Origin: Eledone cirrhosa
Lineage: Eukaryota
DNA: 64,000 nucleotides
Assembly (NCBI GenBank): GCA_964016885.1
Contig: OZ024743.1
Location: 91,760,001 to 91,824,000 of the forward strand
Direction of reading: 5' to 3'
Positions 30,475 to 43,890 of the stretch are shown piece by piece. The notes below the pieces were generated by a model. That model was not told the origin of the DNA. It saw nothing but the letters and a program-made list of their open reading frames with translations, and did not search any database. A program made the position numbers and the translations under genes. The first letter of the stretch is position 1. Each line of letters starts with the position of its first letter.

Positions 30475-30950
30475 AGTTAAGTTTATATGAGTTGGAAAGC
30501 AAGTGTGATTTCATAAGTGGGCAACTGGTGAAAATTTCTGTTTTTGTATTTAGGCAGGTTTTTGGTGATTTAAGGTTCTGTAAAATTCAATATTTTTCAC
30601 TTATGCAGAGTGTGCATCTTCTTGTTCCTCTTGCATATTCTTTAGATTGGTTCAAAATTGACCAATCCAATTTATATTGGATACCTTGGTCTTTCAAATC
30701 CCATATTCTGCTAGCCAGAGCTGTTGTGAATCTTTTTTCTGGATGTCGGAATGATGCGACATGTGAGTAATAACGCGTTTTGAATTTGTCTTGTGTCATA
30801 CCCACATATCGTTCGCTGGTGGCTGGTTGGTTGTTGCTGGTGGTTGTCACTTTAGCCGCATATAGAATGGCTTTGGTGTTGCATTTAACTTGTAATGGGC
30901 ATTCACTTTTGACTCTACAGGAGCAATGTTCATGTTCTTTGGGTGATTTT
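30475..30950 (-). pseudogene. GIY-YIG endonuclease domain of a Penelope-like element
   Basis: CSCRVKSECPL..KC..AILYAAKV..YVGMT..FKTRYYSH..CTLCISEK; after an internal stop, CLNTKTEIFTSC. Confidence 0.88.
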
Positions 30951-31532
30951 TTCATTCTCATATATTGTTTCATTTTTATACATATATCGAGAATGACACT
31001 TCTTTTTACTATTACACTCCCTTCCTCTTTATCTTCCGCATATAAGTGACCGCGTGCGTGTGTGTGTTTATACGCGTGCTTTCATACTCGTATGTGTATT
31101 TAATACCTGTATCTGGATGCGTGTTAATTATATTATCATACAATTTCTTTTTCAACTCATATTATATACGTATTTGTGGTCACATATACACAAATATACT
31201 TGCCCTCATATATGTACTTACGCACACATTTTTACCATACACATGCATTTGTACATACACACATATGTATATTTGTGAGTGTATATACATACATATACAC
31301 ATACCCTAACTATATTTCCTTATTTTTTTTATATATCTCTTGCATTACTTTTATTTATATATTTTTTGCCCGTTAAACTCTTGCATTTCTTGAGGAGCCT
31401 TTTCAAATATTTCACTATGTTTTAAATTGCCTTGTCCGACAAACGAATGAGGACGTTTTTCGTATTCGTCTTATTCGGGAAACCTCTGGTAATGAGGTAA
31501 TTATATTGTATTGTTTATTATATATATATATT

Positions 31533-31850
31533 AAAATAACAGATTAAAGTGTAAGCAAAGGATCGCTGCTTTCACCTATAACGGGATCTTCTGAAACTAA
31601 AAAAATCAATCTGTGAACGCAGAAGTAAATATTTCGAAAAACGTTGCAACCAAAGGAAAACAGGAAGACGATACTTTGGTTTGTGGAGACAATCCCTGGC
31701 AATGAACGAAAAAAAGCGAAGATAATACATTATTATGTGGAGCGTAGAGAGCAATTACACGCAAAGACAAAACCACGTTTATGGTATAAATGAAGTCGTA
31801 GACCAAAATTCTATTTAGAAAACCGAATGATTCTCGGCTTCAGAGTTAAG
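31533..31850. repeat. TA-anchored repeat family Y
   Basis: Homologous to 16709-16858. Confidence 0.7.
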
Positions 31851-31851
31851 A

Positions 31852-31980
31852 ATAATTGTTTCTACTTTTGGCACAAGGCCAGCAATTACCCAGTACATTA
31901 CTGGTACTTTATTTTATCGACCCCGTAAGGATGAAAGCATGGCGTCCGACTCTCTAGCGATATTGCCAATCCACAACAAT
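31852..31980 (-). mobile_element. Family 1 SINE (internally deleted)
   Basis: Reverse-complement head and tail. Confidence 0.75.
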
Positions 31981-32485
31981 AATTAAATATATACATGCAC
32001 ACATCCATATACATACATACACATGCATGCGCGAAACACCCGCCACGTACACAAAAACACGCGCACACATACAAAAACCCGCGCAACACCTGTACCCGCA
32101 CACATACGAACGTATACACCAAATACACATAACAAATATATTAAAAACAAATTTATATGTGTGTGTGTGCGTGTATATATAAACGTATATAAATATACAC
32201 ACATAAATACTTATATAACGCGCGCACACACATACCTACAGGTAAATACACATATGTTCGCTAAACGTACGTCAACCAAAACACAAAGTACGCATATACA
32301 CACCTTACATACGTGCAAACCCGCATACACAGACAAACGCAAAATACACGCATACGCATAACCATATATACATGTACCAGTATATATAATATAATATATA
32401 CACCTATAACAAATACAAGCAAATATACGTACGAGAAAATATACGTATCACACAACATACAGGTAATATATACTTACCTATACAA

Positions 32486-32519
<34 letters not shown>

Positions 32520-32520
<1 letters not shown>

Positions 32521-32713
32521 GGGTGGTGGATTGGCAGTATCGGTAGAGGGTCAGACGCCATGCTTTAAATCATAGTTATGTCCCTTTACGATCTGAGTTC
32601 AAATCCCGCCGAGGTTAACTTTGCCTTTCATCCTTACGGGGTCGATAAAATAAAGTACCAGTAATGTACTGGGTGATTGCTGGCCTTGTACCAAAAGTAG
32701 AAACAATTATTAT

Positions 32714-32715
<2 letters not shown>
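32520..32715 (+). mobile_element. Family 1 SINE, full length, in (ATT)n
   Basis: Complete head, core and tail; ATT repeats on both sides. Confidence 0.88.
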
Positions 32716-32767
<52 letters not shown>

Positions 32768-32855
32768 TCATCATCATCATTACTGTTTAACGTCCATTTT
32801 TCCACGCTAGCATGGGTTAAACGATTTGTCCTCTTGTGAGATAGGTCAGGTAACT

Positions 32856-32905
<50 letters not shown>

Positions 32906-33149
32906 CTTAAAATGCAGTGGGAATACGAAGAAAGCAAGAACATGGTCCTCATCTGTTGTCTACTGGGGGTCTCGGATATTTCTACACTTTAAAGACAATA
33001 TACCTCGCCCCAGGGCGTCAATAACTGGATAAGTTATTGGGAAAACGAAGAAAGGAGGGAAGGAAAACAAAGGGGAAGAAAAGAGAAAACAGTAACAAAA
33101 CAGCGAAAACAACAACAACAAACCGCACAATGTGCGAGCAACTATATAT

Positions 33150-33916
33150 ATATAGAGATTAATCGCTTAAGTTTATTTTAAAACAACCCGGTAGAGAGCT
33201 TAATTCGTTTTGTGCGGTTTTTGCAAATTTTGCAATAACTACACATGCTGAATTCACTGGCCAAAATAGGGGTTTTCTCCCCTTAGATTCTCGCATGCGC
33301 TTTCATAACCTGCAAGAGTCTGCCGACAGAAGAACAAAATTCCGTTGAGAAAGCGATGCCTTGTTCCGTCTCTATACCAAAAGCTTATTTTCATTGCCAG
33401 CAATGAAATCATATCCGCTCTCTTGCTCTGGAACCCTGACTCCAGCCTGACTAGGAGTAGGAAGCTGTCATTCCCTGACGTTATCTCTAGGGATACGGGA
33501 ATCAGCAGACAGGACCTGGGGCAGCGATGGGGGACAGGGGATTCTGGGGCATGAGAGTGAGATCCATCATCTCGACAGTAGTCGACGAGTGATGGTGTGT
33601 GATTTTTATAAGCAGACAGTATTATTGATTTAGGCGTTGCAGAAACCCACTTTCGGAGCATTCCATCTTTCAATGAAGGGTCCGGGTAAATATTTCAATC
33701 ATATCTCATTTTGTTTGACCCGTTTTAACTTGTTCGCTTTTTTGGCTATGGTGGTTAATGGCTTCTTAACCATCGTCTCAGCGTGTATGATCTTTTTAAC
33801 TTATGTTTATAGCTCTGGTATCTTCTTCAGTTCCATCGAGCGCTTGTCAGCACAATATGGAAGTTGCGTTTCGCTAATTTCTACCCGCCGAAATGCGATT
33901 CTCGCTAAATTATATT

Positions 33917-33920
<4 letters not shown>
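33150..33920. repeat. Unclassified TA-flanked repeat
   Basis: Terminus CCCGCCGAAAT.CGATTCTCGCT..TTTGTATATA recurs at 39817-39855. Confidence 0.55.
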
Positions 33921-33978
<58 letters not shown>

Positions 33979-33997
33979 ATATATAATATATATATAC

Positions 33998-34445
33998 ATA
34001 ATCGGAGAAAGCTAATAGCGATACTCCGGCCAAATTCCAACTCACTCAATAAACATTAGGACATACCTGAGTATATTCCCAATTAATCGATCGTTTGGGG
34101 TGCTAACTATATTGTATTGTGTGGAAAATTGGCTGCATTATTTCATATGAGATATATCAAATATATCACTTCCCAGACGACTCGTTTCATTATAAGATTT
34201 CTACAAGTTGGGTGAAATTTTACCAAATTATGTAGAAGCTTGTATAAGATCAACAGATACTTATTCAAGTGGGCTCTTATAATTCTTCAGTGGGTACCCA
34301 ATAATATTAATATTGATAACCAAATCAACATCAATATTTAGCGATAATCACCATCAGTGTTTGAGGGAGCTGCTAGGTTCTTAGTCCAGCAGTTCTAAAG
34401 AAAATCTCACACTGTCTCGAAAATAGGTGGAAGGAGATTACTACG
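33998..34445 (-). mobile_element. TA-anchored hammerhead-bearing family Z
   Basis: Homologous to 46525-47030. Confidence 0.8.
34172..34294 (-). ncRNA. Type I hammerhead ribozyme motif, intact core, long stem II insert
   Basis: ccca CTGAAGA attataaga...tcttataat GAAA cga-g-tcg TC tggg (GUC site). Confidence 0.85.
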
Positions 34446-34600
34446 TATATATATATCATATGTAGATACACTGTTTAACGTCCATTTTCCACGCTAGTAT
34501 GGGTTAGACGATTTGTCCTCTTGTGAGATAGCCCAGGTGACCATACAGATATATATATTATATGTAGATATATATACGTACGTACATGCGTGTGTGGTGT

Positions 34601-34655
<55 letters not shown>

Positions 34656-35009
34656 ATGTCTGTATATACACATAAACCTATTGATTATATCGACTTTCTA
34701 ATAAAATTGAAATTATCGATTTGATTGCTTATGTGTTTGTTGTGGCGTGTGTACAGTGTTTGTGTGAGGGAGAGAATAGGAGAGTGGGGAGTACGATGTG
34801 GAGGGGAGAGATGGGGAGAGGGAAGAGGGTAAGGAAGGGAGGTAAGTAGAGACGAAGGGTATGTTAGGGGAGGTGTGAGTGGTATCCGTTATAGTTATTT
34901 GATAAATCTACCATACCTTGCTATGAATCATCATCAAATCAAGATTGGGCAAAGGAAAGTATATAAATAATTCATAACATTCTATGACCAGGAACAGTAT
35001 GGAGACAGT

Positions 35010-35645
35010 ATGGTGGTGGTGGTGGTGGTGGTGGTGTTGGTGGTGGTGGTGGTGGTGGTGATGGTGGTGGTGTTGGTGGTGGTGGTGGTTTGTAGTAGTG
35101 GTGGTGGTGGTGGTGGTGGTGGTGGTGGTGGTGGTGGTGGTGGTGTTGGTGGTGGTGGTGGTGGTGGTGGTTTGTAGTGGTGGTGGTGGTGGTGGTGATG
35201 TTGGTGGTGGTGGTGGTGGTGGTGGTGGTGGTGGTGGTGGTGTTGGTGGTGGTGATGATGGTTTGTGGTGGTGGTGGTGGTGATGGTTTGTGGTGGTGGT
35301 GGTGGTGGTGTTGGTGGTGGTGGTGTTGGTGATGGTTTGTGGTGGTGGTGGTGGTAGTGGTGGTGGTGGTGGTGGTGGTGGTGGTAGTGGTGGTGACTGT
35401 GGTGCTGGTGGTGGTGGTGATGATGGTTTGTAGTGGTGGTGGTGGTGGTGTTGGTGGTGGTGGTGGTGGTAGTGGTGGTGGTGATGGTTTGTAGTGGAGG
35501 TGGTGGAGGTGGTGGTGGTGGTGGTAGTGGTGGTGATGATGTTAGTGGTGGTGGTGGTAGTGGTGGTGGTGGTGGTGATGGTTTGTAGTGGTGGTGGTAG
35601 TAGTGGTGGTGGTGGTAGTGGTGGTGACTATGGTGGTGGTGGTGG
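35010..35645. repeat. (GGT)n array
   Basis: Direct inspection. Confidence 0.95.
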
Positions 35646-35711
35646 ACAGAACAATAGAGAATGGTTCGGTAGGAGATGCAGAGGAGGGGGAAGGGACATT
35701 GTGACTATATG

Positions 35712-35850
35712 AAATATGATGTGTATGTGTATATAGTAAATATGATGTGTATGTGTATATAGTAAATATGATGTGTATGTGTATATAGTAAATATGATGT
35801 GTATGTGTATATAGTAAATATGATGTATGTATGTTTATATTAAATATGAT
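35712..35850. repeat. 26-bp minisatellite, about 5 copies
   Basis: Unit AAATATGATGTGTATGTGTATATAGT. Confidence 0.85.
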
Positions 35851-36120
35851 GTACGTATGTGTATATAAAATACGTGTGTATGTGTGTATACATATACACA
35901 TATCGTATTTAATACACACATACACATGTATATGATGTGTACGTGCAGATTAACTATGATATATGTATGGGTATATCAAATGCTTTATGTGCAGGCAGGT
36001 ATAGAGACAGAGTAATATGGGGAAACTACACAAATACATAAAACAAAACACATATAATACATGAATGAATATATACATATATATATATATATATACAACT
36101 ATGTATGTATGTTTATTCAT

Positions 36121-36208
<88 letters not shown>

Positions 36209-36224
36209 GTTTACATATATATAT

Positions 36225-36555
36225 ATATAAAGTCATAAATATATATGTGTTTTGCAACGGGTCACTTTGTGGCTCAATGAAGAATTAATAAATTAAATAA
36301 TCAGAGCAATATATCATAAAACATGTCTATAGAATCACCAGATAAAATATATACCGTTTCCTCTCCCAATTAGCATAATTAACCATATAAAAAATCAATT
36401 AGACCAAGCTATAAGAATAAAGGTTCCTATGAAGAAATCTCCGACAAATAACCGAAAGCAACCCCTTCGCGGCGGTTACGACGGATCATTTATCGAATAT
36501 TTCGACAGCATGTATAAATCGACCAGATATACAGTCAACTAAACAGAATTAGGTG
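36225..36555 (-). mobile_element. TA-anchored family X fragment
   Basis: Homologous to 13496-13930. Confidence 0.75.
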
Positions 36556-37112
36556 TAAAAGAATGTCGTCTCGCTACTACCTCCCTATGAAACACCATGT
36601 GATAGCTAGAACCATCTGGAACGCATTTAAGAAAACAAAATTAAAAACAAATGAGGAGGAATATGTTGAGATAGATGGCACTAAGGAATACTGGTGGAAC
36701 CTGAATAAAAAACTGCCATCAAATTAAAGCATAACCGGCCTGATGTTGTTTGGGACCACACATTGAAAACGTGCTCTGCTGCCCACTTGATGTCAACGTA
36801 AGAAAAATACAAGAGAAGGATACTACGGACGATTGATGAGGAGTTTGCAGATCCAGTATCCAAGATACACCTTCAGCTTCATACCTATCGTTATTGGAGC
36901 TACAGGTTATATACCAACCCGCTTGGACCAAAGTATGACTAAACTTGGATTTGTGGACAAAGAACGCAGCTCCCTTATTCATAAACTACAAATGGCTGTA
37001 ATAGCTGGCACCTTCAAATTTGCAAAACATTCTTGCGATTCAAGGGATGACAATTTCTTTTCTTTTACAACCTTGCCACCAGGAAGGTGGCCGGTCAAAA
37101 ATGTACTCGAAA
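36555..37112 (+). mobile_element. RLE-type (R4/NeSL-like) retrotransposon 3' relic with (CATA)n tail
   Basis: Broken frames read EYWWN..KHNRPDVVWD..CPLDVN..YGRLMRSLQIQYP..PIVIGATG. Confidence 0.75.
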
Positions 37113-37413
37113 TTACATACATACATACATAATACATACATACATACATACATACATACATACATACATACATACATACATACATACATACATAATCACA
37201 CACAGAGGAACACATTATATATCAATCTATCCATCAATCTATATGTCTGTCTCCATTCCGTCCGTTTGTCACCCTCTATTAAACACCACTCGCTAAGGTT
37301 TAGTGATTCATTTGGGTCAATGAGAGCGTGAAAACCACTTCCGGTGAAGGTTGTCGGAGTAGAAGGTGTCCGAATCATTACATTGCGTACATATGTGCAT
37401 GATTACGTGGCTC

Positions 37414-37448
<35 letters not shown>

Positions 37449-37642
37449 GTGTGTGTGTGTGTGCGCGTGTATGTGTGTGTGCGTGCGTGTGTGTGTGCGT
37501 GTGTGTGTGTGCATGATTACTTGGCTGTGTGTGAGTGCGTGTGTGTGTGTGTTTGTGTGTGTGTGTATGTGCATGATTAGGTGGTTGTATGTGTATGTAG
37601 GTATATATATATATATACATATATATACATATGTACCTATAT

Positions 37643-37678
<36 letters not shown>

Positions 37679-37680
37679 CC

Positions 37681-37732
<52 letters not shown>

Positions 37733-37890
37733 ATGATTACATAGTATTATGTATGCGCTTGTGTGTATGTAGATATGTGCATGATCATGTGTCTGTGTGT
37801 GAGTACATTATTACGTGCGTGTGGGTATGTGTTTGTGCATCATCAGGTGTGTATGTATGTGTATGTATTTGTGCATCATTACGTGCGTGT

Positions 37891-38460
37891 GTCTATGTGT
37901 ATGTGTGTGTGAGTCTGATTACGTGAGTGAGTGTGTCTATGTGTATGTGTGTGTGAGTCTGATTACGTGAGTGGGTGTGTCTATGTGTATGTGTGTGTGA
38001 GTCTGATTACGTGCGTGAGTGTGTCTATGTGTATGTGTGTGTGAGTCTGATTACGTGCGTGCGTGTGTCTATGTGTATGTGTGTGTGAGTCTGATTACGT
38101 GAGTGAGTGTGTCTATGTGTATGTGTGTGTGAGTCTGATTACGTGCGTGAGTGTGTCTATGTGTATGTGTGTGTGAGTCTGATTACGTGAGTGAGTGTGT
38201 CTATGTGTATGTGTGTGTGAGTCTGATTACGTGAGTGGGTGTGTCTATGTGTATGTGTGTGTGAGTCTGATTACGTGCGTGAGTGTGTCTATGTGTATGT
38301 GTGTGTGAGTCTGATTACGTGCGTGCGTGTGTCTATGTGTATGTGTGTGTGAGTCTGATTACGTGAGTGAGTGTGTCTATGTGTATGTGTGTGTGAGTCT
38401 GATTACGTGCGTGAGTGTGTCTATGTGTATGTATGTATGTATGAGTCTGATTACGTGCAT
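37891..38460. repeat. 44-bp minisatellite, about 13 copies
   Basis: Unit GTCTATGTGTATGTGTGTGTGAGTCTGATTACGTG(A/C)GTGAGTGT. Confidence 0.92.
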
Positions 38461-38797
38461 CAGTGTATGTATGTGTATGTGTGTGTGTGTGTGCATCATT
38501 TCGTGCGTGAGTGTATATATGTATATGTGTGTGTGTGGGGGTCTGATTACGTGCGCATGCGTGTTTCTTTTTATTTAGTACCTTTGTATCCCTCCATGTT
38601 TACCTGTCTTCCTGTTCGTATGTGTACGTGAACCTGCATATATTATAGTACTTATGTGGTAGGTAGCCTTTTGTTTGAGTGCGCATGCTCACAAAAGTAT
38701 GTCTTGAGAGAAAGTATCGCATGGTTAAGATGGCCGCTCGCTCTCACAAGATCCTGCGTTCCATCTCTTGCCTGCCAAATCTATAAACGATTATTGT

Positions 38798-39175
38798 AGT
38801 GGTGGTGGTGGTGGTGGTGGTGTGGTGATGGTGGTGATAATGGTGGTGGTGTTGGTGGTGTTGGTGGTGTTGGTGGTGTTGGTGGTGTTGGTGATGGTGG
38901 TGTTGGTGGTGATGGTGGTGTTGGTGGTGGTGGTGGTGGTGGTGGTAATGGTGGTGATGGTGGTGGTGGTGGTGGTGGTGGTGATGTTGGTGGTGTTGGG
39001 GGTGGTGGTGTTGATGGTGATGGTGGTGATGGTGGTGGTGGTGGTGTTGGTGGTGGTGGTGGTGGTGGTGGTGGTGGTGGTGGTGGTGGTGGGAGTGAAG
39101 GTGGGGGTGATGGTGGTGGTGGTGGGAGTGAAGGTGGGGGTGATGGTGGTGGTGGTGGTGGTGGTGGTGGTGGCT
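38798..39175. repeat. (GGT)n array
   Basis: Direct inspection. Confidence 0.95.
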
Positions 39176-39498
39176 GTCATCGTCGTTACTTTTGTTGTTG
39201 TTGCCATTCCTTCTTGTGTATAAATCAAGAATTATATTTCTATAGCATGATAAAGAATCGATATTAATTGCAACATTGACAAAGTAGAACCACCTGTTAA
39301 TAAGTTGTGTTCTCGTATGAAACAGATACCGATAAACACACACACACACACAGACACACAGACACACTTACTCACACATACACATTCACACACATACACA
39401 CAGACACACATACACACACATACACACAGACACAGACACACATAAACACGCACACACACACACACACACACACCTATATATATATATGTATATATATA

Positions 39499-39587
39499 TA
39501 GGATGTCCCAAAAATGTATATACACTTCAATCTATAGGTAATCAAAGTGTGTATACATTTTGGGGACACCCTGTATATATATATATA

Positions 39588-39623
<36 letters not shown>

Positions 39624-39625
39624 CT

Positions 39626-39657
<32 letters not shown>

Positions 39658-39728
39658 CTCACACACATATATATATATACATATATATATACAGGGTATC
39701 CCCAAAATGTATACACACTTTGATTACC
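39499..39728. mobile_element. Tc1/mariner-type TIRs: 75-bp palindromic mini-element (39499-39573) plus solo TIR (39692-39728)
   Basis: TA-CAGGGT(G/A)TCCCCAAAATGTATACACACTTTGATTAC in inverted orientation, embedded in (TA)n. Confidence 0.65.
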
Positions 39729-39850
39729 AGTTTTGTATTGTTTAGCTCTGGTTTTTAACTATGGAGAACTTTGCCAGTATCATTTCTGAATTTTGCGGTT
39801 CACTTCGCTTTTCCTGCCCGCCGAAATACGATTCTCGCTGAATCTTTATT

Positions 39851-39907
<57 letters not shown>

Positions 39908-40009
39908 CACATGTGCAACTATGGCAGGTGTTCTTAAAGAAGGAGGATTATAGTTAAAAGCTTCGAAGGGGTGGTGTGTAGATAGGCATGTTGACCTACA
40001 AATGATTTA

Positions 40010-41210
40010 TAATTTACGCACAAGGCCACCAATTTTAAGAGGCGAGGACATTCTATTACCTCGACCCCAGTACATTACTGGTAATTTATTTTATCAACTA
40101 CGGAAAAATGAAAGGTAAAACTGGCCTCGGCAGGACTTGGAACAAAGGCTGCAAAAACATTTTGTTTAACGTTCTAAAAATAGCAGCCATGTATCCCTCG
40201 AATCCCACCGTCCACCGGGAGGCCATCAATATGATTACTTAACCCTTTCTGTACCTTATAGTACTAACTCCTTACTTTAGCTACCTCATGGACATCATCA
40301 CCTTCATTGTCACTCTCGTGTAAAAAAAATCAATTTTGTATAATACTATAAATACAAGAATGTAAAGAGCCGCTACAAATACCTCAAAGCACTTTCTCCG
40401 GCGCTCTAACGATTCTGGCTATCTACTGCCCTTTAATATTGATTTCTAATTTAGGCACAAGGCCAACAATTTTAGGGGAAAGGAAAATCGATTAAATCGA
40501 TCCTAGTGTGTTACTGATGCTTTATTTTATCGACCCCCCCCCCTCCATAACGATGAAAGGCAAAGCTAACCTCGGCGGGATTTGAACTCAGAACGTAAAG
40601 GGTCGTACCTATATGCCGCAAAGCATAATGCCCGACCCTCTACCGATACTGCCAATCCACCGCCCTTTAATAGTTGTTTCTACTTTTGGCACAAGGCCAG
40701 CAATCACCCAGTACATTACTGGTACTTTATTTTATCGACCCCGTAAGGATGAAAGGCAAAGTTAACCTCGGCGGGATTTGTACTAATGATTTCTAATCTA
40801 GGTACAAGGCCAATAATTTGTGGAAAGGTAAAAAGTAGAATCTATCGACCCCAATATTTGGCTGGTACTTTATTTTAACGACCTCTGAAGGATGAAAGAC
40901 AAAAATGACCTCGGCGGGATTAGAACTCGGAACGTAGAAAGTTGTGCCAAAATACCACAAAACATTTTGCTCGACGCTCTACCGATACTGTTAGTCCACC
41001 ACCCTATCTTGATCTAATAATTGTTTCTACTTTGGGCACAAGGCCAGCAATTATCCCAGTGCATTACTGGTACTTTATTTTATCGACCCTGTAAGGATGA
41101 AAGGCAAAGTTAACTCGGCGGGATTAGAACTCATAATGTAAAGGGCCATAACTCTATGCTGCAAAGCATAGTGTCTGACGCTCTACAGATACTGCCCATC
41201 CACCGCACCT
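40010..41210 (-). mobile_element. Stack of co-oriented family 1 SINEs (at least 5)
   Basis: Repeated reverse-complement cores. Confidence 0.85.
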
Positions 41211-41224
41211 GTAAACATCATAGG

Positions 41225-42120
41225 CACAGGTATGACCGTGTGTTTAAGGAGTTTGCTTTGTAGCTACGTGGTCCTGGATTCAGTCCTGCTGTGCGAAAAC
41301 TCGGACAAGTGCCTTTTACTATAAACTCAAGTTTACCAATTTACCATTTGGTACACGGAAACTGCAGAAGCCCGTCGTATATATGTATTTATGTTTACGT
41401 ATGTATGTGTCTGTGTGTTTGTGTGTGTGCGTGTGTCTGTGTGCCTGTGTGTGTGTGTGTGTGTGTCCGTCTTTATTTTTATGTTTGTGTCTATGTATGT
41501 GTTTATGTCACATGACCTAGCAATTCGACAGAAACTGATCGATGAAATAGGTGCCAGGCTTAGAATATTCTGAGGTCGGTCGATATGATTGTCTAAATTC
41601 ATTTAAGCTGTTGCTGCAGCATGGCCAACGTCTAATGTCTGAAACTTGTGAAAAAATAAAAGAAAGAAAAAAGAACAAAAGAATATTAGAATAAAAAGAA
41701 TGATAACCAGATGTTCCTAAGAAGTTTTATAATGAAAGGCCTTGAAAGTATGGTGTAGGAGAACATCTTGATCTCGTAATATAAACACTGCAGATGTTCC
41801 TAAGGAGCGTTAGAGTGTGTGTTTGTGTTTATATATTGGACCTCCGTTGGTTCCAACGATGAGTGTTGAAGTTAGTTGAACAATGGAACTGTCAGCTCGT
41901 GAAATGAACGTGCAAGTGGCTGAGTATTCCATAAACGCGCATACAATTGATGTAGCGCCCAAGGAAATTCAACGTAACACAGTGTGCGACATTGTCGGCT
42001 GAGCGGACTTGAGTAACGTGAAATAAAGAAATTGTGTTGCTCAACAACACAACGCGGATCAAATTCACGATCTTCCGATTTTGAGCCGAACATTCTAACC
42101 ATCAGACCACGCACCTTCAC
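41225..42120. mobile_element. Other tRNA-derived SINE relics (plus about 41225-41700; minus about 41830-42120)
   Basis: Degenerate A/B boxes; similarity to 10990-11370. Confidence 0.5.
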
Positions 42121-42129
42121 AAACCGTAA

Positions 42130-42511
42130 TCTACTAGAGACGCACCACGCCTGTGGGTGCAAGACTCGCGAGGTGGAGTGGCTGTTTCAGCGCGCCTCTG
42201 GAGCAATGCTTTCTCTTTCCTGTCGGCTGGGACCCATAGGCGGAGGGCAAGTTAGTTGGTAGTGGAGGATATTCGTTCAGACGTCACTTCTACAACTAAA
42301 GTATATTTAACTGAAATATACTGCTCTTAAATTTTAAGAACAGTGGCTCTTCCAGCGCGTCTCCCGGGAAACGCCTCCTCTATTCTATCCGCCGGGGTCG
42401 TGGGGCAGCCAGCGCGTGGGCCCCCATTTTCTCATAATACTGAGAGATGGGGAGAGGGGGAGAGTCGGAGGCAGTGACAATTGGAGTTTAGTTCCATTTT
42501 GTTAGGATCTG

Positions 42512-42549
<38 letters not shown>

Positions 42550-42613
42550 GGAGAAAGAGAGGGAGGGAGGGGAAAGTGAGATTGGAAATATATATATGTG
42601 TGTGTGTGTGTGT

Positions 42614-42653
<40 letters not shown>

Positions 42654-42705
42654 GTGTGCGTGCGTGTGCGTGCGTGTGTGTGTATGTGTTTATTTACCAC
42701 GCCGC
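42130..42705 (+). mobile_element. CRE-clade-like 3' relics
   Basis: REVEWLFQR and WLFQRV..GNA motifs; 3' UTR homologous to 5640-5750. Confidence 0.6.
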
Positions 42706-43014
42706 ATTTTATTTTATACATACATTTACTATATAACTTCCAGATTGCTGCTGCTATTGCTGCTACTTTTGCTGCTGTTGTTGCCGTTACTGCTGCTACT
42801 GTTGATTACCATACACAAAAATATACACACATGCTCAACGAAAGGAATGTCGAGAGTATCTCCCATTCGATGCCTCAATACTGAGGGTCTATTTATTAGA
42901 GATCTCGCAGCCTACTGAACCATGGCTCAACACCTGTTACTATATTGTACTGTTGTTGTCGACAAACATCGTTCTTTGTATAACAAATCAGCTGCTTATT
43001 ATTAACAAACTTAG

Positions 43015-43205
43015 GGCAGGGGATTGGCAGTATCGGTAGAGGGTCGGACGCCATGCTTTGCAGCACAGTTGCGTCCCTTTACGGACTGAGTTCAAATCCC
43101 GCCGAGGTTAACTTTGCCTTCATCCTTATGTGGTCGATAAAATAAAGTACCAGTAATACATTGGGATAATTGCTGGCCTTGTACCAAAAGTAGAAACAAT
43201 TATTA
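43015..43205 (+). mobile_element. Family 1 SINE
   Basis: Full head, core and tail; flanked by similar ttattaa(c/t)aaactta duplication. Confidence 0.88.
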
Positions 43206-43426
43206 ATAAACTTAAGAAAAATAACAGAGAGGACAAGACAATTTTTTTAAGGGGAAATCTTAAAATATTATTTTTTGAAAATATAAATACAAAGGACACA
43301 GAAGTCCAGAGCCATCGGCCGTTGAGGTGGACTTTGGCAGTTTTGACCCCTACCAAAAGTACTGCCTAGCCGCATACACTTTCATATATTGCTACACTAT
43401 GAAGGCACGTGACTTAGTCGTTAATG

Positions 43427-43498
<72 letters not shown>

Positions 43499-43502
<4 letters not shown>

Positions 43503-43890
43503 TAAACGGAATTGAAAATGCTGACAAATTGTTCACAGTTGAAAAATGGTTTAATTAGGAATAAAAGAGTATTAGTGATTGTATGGGTTAGTATTCAGTT
43601 GTGGTTTTAAGTTTTTAAGTTTTTACCGGTTGCGCATTTCTAAATGCTTTTCAAAAATAATTTTGAGATAGAGTGTCCGTGCTGTTTGCTCTGATCAGGG
43701 CAAACAGCACGGACACTCTATCTCAAAATTATTTTTGAAAAGCATTAAGAAATGCGCAACCGGTAAAAACTTAAAAACTTAAAACCACAACTGAATACTA
43801 ACCCATACAATCACTAATACTCTTTTATTCCTAATTAAACCATTTTTCAACTGTGAACAATTTGTCAGCATTTTCTATTCCGTTTACCAA
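43499..43890. repeat. Spacerless palindrome of about 390 bp beside (TA)n
   Basis: Centre CTGA|TCAG at 43694/43695; a few mismatches between arms. Confidence 0.95.
43732..43768 (+). ncRNA. Degenerate hammerhead motif (U3:A8 core, GCAA for GAAA); mirror at 43621-43657 minus
   Basis: ttt TTGAAAA gcatt-aaga-aatgc GCAA ccgg TA aaa. Confidence 0.5.

Larger units (their letters stand above)
29511..31522 (-). mobile_element. Penelope-like element: GIY-YIG 3' fragment between inverted pLTR copies
   Basis: Arms of about 560 bp (29511-30075 and 30958-31522) are reverse complements; each carries a hammerhead motif; TA-rich ends. Confidence 0.88.

Noticed and set aside
37891-38460. CRISPR-like array
   Set aside because: Contiguous tandem units without unique spacers; eukaryotic context
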